From positions 62,001 to 126,000 of the forward strand of contig JBLDXI010000057.1 in the NCBI GenBank assembly GCA_047495785.1: 64,000 bases of DNA. The letters are read 5' to 3'. Positions within the stretch are counted from its first letter, which is position 1; each line of letters starts with the position of its first letter. The position numbers were made by a program, and so were the translations under genes. The notes under the pieces are model-generated. The model was not told where the DNA came from and did not search any database. It saw only the letters and a list, made by a program, of their open reading frames with translations. This stretch comes from Lepidodermella squamata. Lineage: Eukaryota; Animalia; Gastrotricha. Positions 58,448-64,000 of the stretch are shown here, piece by piece.

Positions 58448-59342
58448 ATGAAAATCATTTATATTCCACTGATTTTGATTTACATCGAAGATCACTGCTT
58501 CGGTAAGATTTTTTTCGTTATTTCCAATATTTTTCCAATTTCAAAATTTAGGATTGAATTGCTTCAATGAAAGCAAGCCTGGCAAAGGTCGAGTTGAGTT
58601 ACAAAATTGCAACGTTTGCTCGAAACAGCTCATTTTCAGTCATGCTGAAATCAAGTCGGAAGTTTCCTGCGTTACCAGCGATGAAAAATGCGAAGAAACC
58701 CTGCTGATATCGAAATCATCCATGATTTGCACTTGCTGTTCTGACCGCTGCAATGGGCGTGAGAAATTCTGCGAATTGACCTCGTTATTTTTAAGGAGGA
58801 AGCGTCGCAACTCTGCGGCCTTGTGTGGCTTGAATGAATATGGCCAGTACCCAGCTGGCAGTGATTGCAACAGCTACACCTACGGTTCCGGGGGTCTGAA
58901 TCCTGGCCTGGCCTATGGACTACCGACCATCCCGCCTAATTTGTTCCCGCCAGTCTTTTACACAACTCGACGACCGAGACAGCAGCCTGTGTTGGTTCAG
59001 CTGTACCCAAGTGGGCAAAATCAGCAGCAGCAGAATACATTACCGGTTAGACAACAGGCCGCCCCAGCAGCAGCAGCGAATCAATCGCAATCTGGCACGT
59101 TGTTCCAGCCTCAGGCCCTTCAACAACAGCCGGTTGTCCAGCAGAGTGTTCAGATAAATGACGGCGGTGGCCGGCGTGGTTCTTCGATGGGTAAAGGCTG
59201 GTCGTCGCAGAAGCAGTACCCCGAGAAGCCGAGGCAGTACTTCAATCTCGAGCTCACTATGATTTCCAGCGCCGAAAAATGCAGCGCCCTGAATTTGAAA
59301 ATCATTTCGTTCTTCTTCTTATGTTTGACCCAGATAGTTTAG
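58448..59342 (+). CDS. Ly6/uPAR three-finger-like protein with furin site, Q/P-rich stalk and GPI-like tail (exons 58448-58502, 58552-59342)
   Basis: Signal exon with phase-1 intron; LNCF...CCSDRCN; RRKRR; hydrophobic C-terminus. Confidence 0.7.
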
Positions 59343-59608
59343 CTTAGAAGCTTCTTTATTACACTTAATCTCTTGAAATTGATCCTCAAATATAATTATC
59401 TAATTAATTAATTTAATTAAATAAAATAATCAGAGAAATCGCCAAAAATTAGCTTTCACTTTATTTGCTGCTGGAAATACTGAAAATATTTTAGGATGAG
59501 CAGGTTATTTTTTTTTAATTGAGCCACGAAGCTGCGATTATTCAATTATTAAAATAAAATCAGTTATTCAAAGTGCGATGATTTTTATATTATTGATTTT
59601 TCGTGATG

Positions 59609-60531
59609 TCAGTTGGCGAGCACGAACCAGCAGCCACTGGGCAGGTAGGCGAGCACGAGGCCGAAACTGAGCACGGCACTGGCGAGCGAGTACTTGAAGC
59701 AGTCCATTTCGTCGAGGAAGTACGCGTTCACCACCAGGAAGCACGACATGATGAAATGGCTGATGTTGATTATTAGGCCAAAAGTGTCCTATTTTAAAAG
59801 AATTAATTTGAAAATAAAAAATTAAACAAATTAAAAAATAAAATAAAAATAAAAAAATATAATATTGATTTTTGTTTAAATCTTCATATAAACTTACCAG
59901 GCATATTGTGATGCGGGAATTTCGCACGGAACAAAACGGCCGAAGCGAGTAGGCGACGATGACGAAAGCCGATGGCACGATGAAGGTCGCCCACCGACCC
60001 GAGTGGCAATTGCCGTAAATTATTGACAGCATAATCAGGTAACTGAGCGCCAAAACCTTAAAATTGAAAAAAAATCAAAATATTAGCATTTTTGTCCCAA
60101 ACTAGGTCATTATTTGTCAACCTGATTTTCTAAAAAATTAGTTATTAATTGATTAGCAGTTTAACAAGTAAAGAATTGATAATTAATTCGAGACTCACGA
60201 ATGGAAGAATTTTTTGGCAGCAATGTCGATGTTTTTCTTCAGGTTGAAGCGATAGCCGGCGGAATGACAGCGTCGCGGCCGAGCAACGCCGGCTAGTTGT
60301 TACAACAGGCTCTTCACCCGGCGATAGTAGAATCACCGTACCAGCAGAAGGTTGCGCTGATGAATCATGGCCAAGCGCCAAATTGCCATTTTCGTCGTAG
60401 TGCGACGGTCTCAATGACGACGGGTCGTAGGGCGGCGGGGGTGATGAGCACGTCGGCCCACCTGATTCGCAGCTGTCTTCAGGTAGCAACGACTCAACAC
60501 TGCCAGTTGCATGGCCTGAATTCGAAGCCAT
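59609..60531 (-). CDS. PPxY/4TM family gene R1 (exons 60531-60199, 60056-59898, 59788-59609)
   Basis: PPPPY; exon 3 starts DT; YLPSG; third intron absent. Confidence 0.8.
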
Positions 60532-60858
60532 TATTTGCAAATAAGTAACGCGATCAAAATTGAAATTTCACACAGCACAAATTTGGATGTTGTTGATCGA
60601 GGGTGTTTAAACGGCACGGCGAAAAAACGTAAAGCGAACGGCACGTGTCAATCAATTAACGAGCCCGGTTCCAGGTCGCGTGGGGTCATCGTGACGCGTT
60701 TTCGCAGTGAGAAAAAAACCAACTATTTGATAACACTCTAAATATTGATCTATAAGGTGAATGAAAAACACGCAAAATCATATAATGCTAATAATTTTTC
60801 TAAGGCAAAAAAATTAAGGCGGCTTTTTCGTCTTTGAAGCGCAAGAAAAATATGACGA

Positions 60859-61657
60859 TCAGTTGTTTTGTTCGGCGTGAGACAGGTCAAGTTTGATTCT
60901 CTCGAAAGAGGAACGCATAAAATTGAGCAAATAAGTTGAAACCGGACACAGATAAATGACGGTGAGAATCGTGGACAGGGCCTAATATAGTTAAAAATTA
61001 ATCAAAATATATTTATATTTTTAATTTAAAAATATTTAAAAAAAATTAGCAATACCAGAATCGAGCTTTTCAGAGCCTCGGCTTTCTCGGATCCACTGGC
61101 ATAGCCGTGAGCCGAATTTCGCTTGAAGTGAGTATATCCGAAATCAACGGCAGTTGCAGCGTGAACGAACAACAAAAACATGTCCTGAATATTGAAAAAT
61201 TTAGAAAAAATATTTCAAAAATTTTCGACGCACTCCACGTTTGAAATTCGGGTCGATGAAGGCTTGGAAGAAGGCGACGATCAGTGCCCCGCCGATGAGT
61301 GATGAGAAAACTGCCGGTGAAGAAAACCAGCTGATTTCGCACGTCAAAAATAGCAGCATGAAAAATTCAGCGACGGTCAACGCCTGATAATTATTTCCGA
61401 ATTTAACAGCTTAAAAAATCGATGGCCGAACTCACAAACGGAATTAAACGCCACAGTGCTCGCATTTTTCGAGGAAAATCGGGTATAGGTAAAATATAGG
61501 TGTTGGGCGCATCTAACTCAATGCGGAGATCTTCAACAGCGTAACGAGCTGAAATTTTCGGAACTATTGCCGTAGTCGGAGATTCAGTCGGCTGTTGCGC
61601 GTCCGAAATTGTCAGCATAACGACGCTGTAACTAGGCGGCGCTGTTGGGTCTCTCAT
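60859..61657 (-). CDS. PPxY/4TM family gene R2 (exons 61657-61436, 61383-61234, 61184-61056, 60981-60859)
   Basis: MRDPTAPPSY; three phase-0 introns at family positions. Confidence 0.8.
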
Positions 61658-61746
61658 CGTCAACAAAACCTAGAGCTGAAATTTTCGATTTTTTTATATA
61701 GAAAAATAATGATGATAATATTAGATTTGCCGTCGTCTTGCAATAA

Positions 61747-62626
61747 TCACGCGAGTTCGACCTCGCGATGTTGTGACCTCGATAAAAAGCTAGTGAGCAA
61801 GAAAAAGTAGGTCATCACGAAGACAGACGACGCAATATTGCGGAAAAAGCGGGCGTGGAAAAATGTCGATGACGTCGACCACTGCTTGTTAAACATTTCC
61901 ACTTGGATGATGGTCATTTTGTATAAAATCGCCATAATTTTACAAAAATACACGCAAGTCGCAGAGAGGTAGATAACACTCAGGGCCGCCGATAAACCCT
62001 ACAAAAGTTCTGAAAATAATTGCGAAAAAAATAAAAAAATCTCAAAATTTACGAAAATCGTGGCCCTCAAGCCCTCGGCTAAATCGATTTGCGGCTTTTT
62101 CGGAGAATCCATGAACCGATGGCCATACATGATCGAAGCATGAATAAGGAGCAGAATTAAATCCGCAAATCTTGCGCTGCTGTCGATGACAATTTGAAAA
62201 ATGCAAACAGTTGCCGCAAAAATCGTGAGAAAAACGAATTCGGACAGCGTCAAACAACTGATTTTCATCGGAAATAGCGAAAAATAGCAAGCCGCTAAAA
62301 TCAGCAGCTGGAAGACAAGCTCGACAATAGTTATTGTCTGAAATAATGAAAACAATTATTTTTTCGCCGAATTATTTCCAACTAACCAACGGAATCAGTC
62401 GTAAATAAGCTCGATTCGTCATGTCGTAGTCGTATTTTTTCTTCGACGCTGTTTTTCGTTTTTTGCGTCTAGACGGTTCGAAGTCACATTTTAGGGCGTA
62501 GTTGTGGCCGCCAGTTAATTTGAAAAAATTCGAGTATTTAATTTTCGGAAAATCAATCTCATCTCTCGGCTTTGATTGATGAACGGCCAAGCTGAACTTT
62601 GATCTATCGTCATCTGAGAACATCAT
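61747..62626 (-). CDS. 4TM family gene R3, lacks PPxY (exons 62626-62387, 62337-62053, 61998-61747)
   Basis: RLIPL then intron, as in R2; second intron absent; extra hydrophobic C-terminal segment. Confidence 0.75.
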
Positions 62627-62749
62627 CAATCATCATTAAAAATGAACACTATCAGGGCCAGTTCAAAGACGTGATAAAATAATTTTTCAAATCTTCACAA
62701 TAAATTGTAATGCGAGAGTTTGCTCATGAGAATCATGGGAGAAAGAAGA

Positions 62750-64000
62750 TCAGTGCTGAGCGAAAATTCGTTTGATAATGTTTATGAGACAAGTTCCAGT
62801 TGGGACGTAGAAAGATGTTAGAATTGTCGATAAAAGCTGCAGGAAAAAAATAATTAATTTCACAATTTTTGGCAGATTTCCAGAAAAATGCTCACCAATA
62901 CGGCGTTATAGACAGCGGTGGATGGGCCTCCGTTAGCAGGCGGACTGGTGTGGCCCTTTCCGACCTCCCTCAGAAATATGAGTAGGGCATAAGTGACGAG
63001 AGTTAGCAAAAATAGCAGAGCAGTGTCCTAAATTTAGGAAAAATTATCAAATAAATAATTAAAAAAAGCAAATTTCTCACGTATATTGTGTATTTAATTG
63101 GAGCGGCGTGTAGCAGCCGCGAGATCGAAACAAATGAGACGAGGATGAAAACGCAAGTTGATATCAGCGAAACGAATTTGGTCTCACCATTGAATACCAG
63201 CAAGCAAAAGATGGCGAAAGACAGCAGCTAAAATAGGGAAAAACGGTAGATAACAGATTTAAACAAAGAGGAGCCAAATGCTAACCCTAAATTCGGGGCT
63301 CAAGCTATAGATTTTTTCAATTTGGACTCTATACTAGTTTCGCGTCTTTACTAAAACCTGAATCCTAACTCGATAAATACTTCTGCCTCCAGATCTGATA
63401 TCGGTCCTACTATCGATTTTGGAAATCACTGATTTTTCTAATATCACGAACATTGGCACACAAAATGCAGTGCCAAAATGGAAAAATGGAACCTCAATTT
63501 TAGCGAAAATATGTTGACCTGATTAATAAATTAAATTGCGAATAATTCGAGCGATTTTATTAATTTTTTTCTTTTCAATCCAACTTTTTTTCTACGATTT
63601 TAATGAGCTCCTCAATAATTTGAAGATCGATTTTTCCTCGCTTTTTCCGATTTATTGCAATATTTTTTACGCTTTCATAAGCCTTGAATCATATTCGATT
63701 GATGAAAAGCAACAAACACAAGGTAGAGAGTGGTAGATGCCGATCGAGATTCGGGACATTTGCCGCATGTTCTCAACGCGGTGGTACTCAGTCGCGTACA
63801 AGTGGCACAGCGTCGGGTGGCTCGTAAATGACGTGTCTATTTCGGCGGCGGCGTCTCCGGCACGTGGCGGTTCAACCGTGTACGTATGCACGACAAGCTG
63901 CGGGTTACCAGGAGCTGCCGGGTGGTCGCTAGGCGGTAACAACCGGTTCTGAGCCGGTTGGACGCGCTGTGATCTCGTCGCCTGTAAAAACTCGGCATAA
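62750..64000 (-). CDS. 4TM family gene R4, start lies beyond the window (exons >64000-63718, 63227-63081, 63027-62896, 62836-62750)
   Basis: Frame open at the window edge (YAEFLQA, compare PPSYSEFL of L3); exon 3 starts DT; FYVPTGTCL; first donor tentative. Confidence 0.75.

Noticed and set aside
1-64000. Prokaryotic origin, or rRNA/tRNA genes
   Set aside because: Spliceosomal introns and metazoan gene families throughout; no rRNA or tRNA recognised by eye

Overview
Eukaryotic (metazoan invertebrate) genomic DNA from a compact genome with mostly 47-60 nt GT-AG introns; the species cannot be identified from the sequence alone. Exon structures below were reconstructed by hand. The window is dominated by rapidly turning-over gene families. 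(1) An unrecognised family of small four-TM proteins with an N-terminal PPxY motif and a C-terminal [YFH]-[ILV]-P-x-G-T motif: 10 genes plus a stub in a tight + strand array at 0.5-14.7 kb, and 4 more on the - strand at 59.6-64 kb, some spaced like an operon. (2) An intronless family of GABA-B-like class C GPCRs: 5 intact genes, 1 with a single TAG at the end of the ectodomain, and 5 fragments, with a recent homogenisation tract. (3) Two divergent Cys-loop channel genes, one a pseudogene. (4) Two inverted intronless DUF4419 genes, which are horizontal-transfer candidates. (5) Single genes for prolyl 4-hydroxylase alpha, an ankyrin protein, a LamG-LamG-pseudoprotease, a Cys-rich secreted protein, and PAN, Kunitz and Ly6-like proteins. 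Mobile DNA includes stacked LINE 3' ends, several MITEs, and a palindromic Penelope-like insertion carrying two minimal hammerhead ribozymes.
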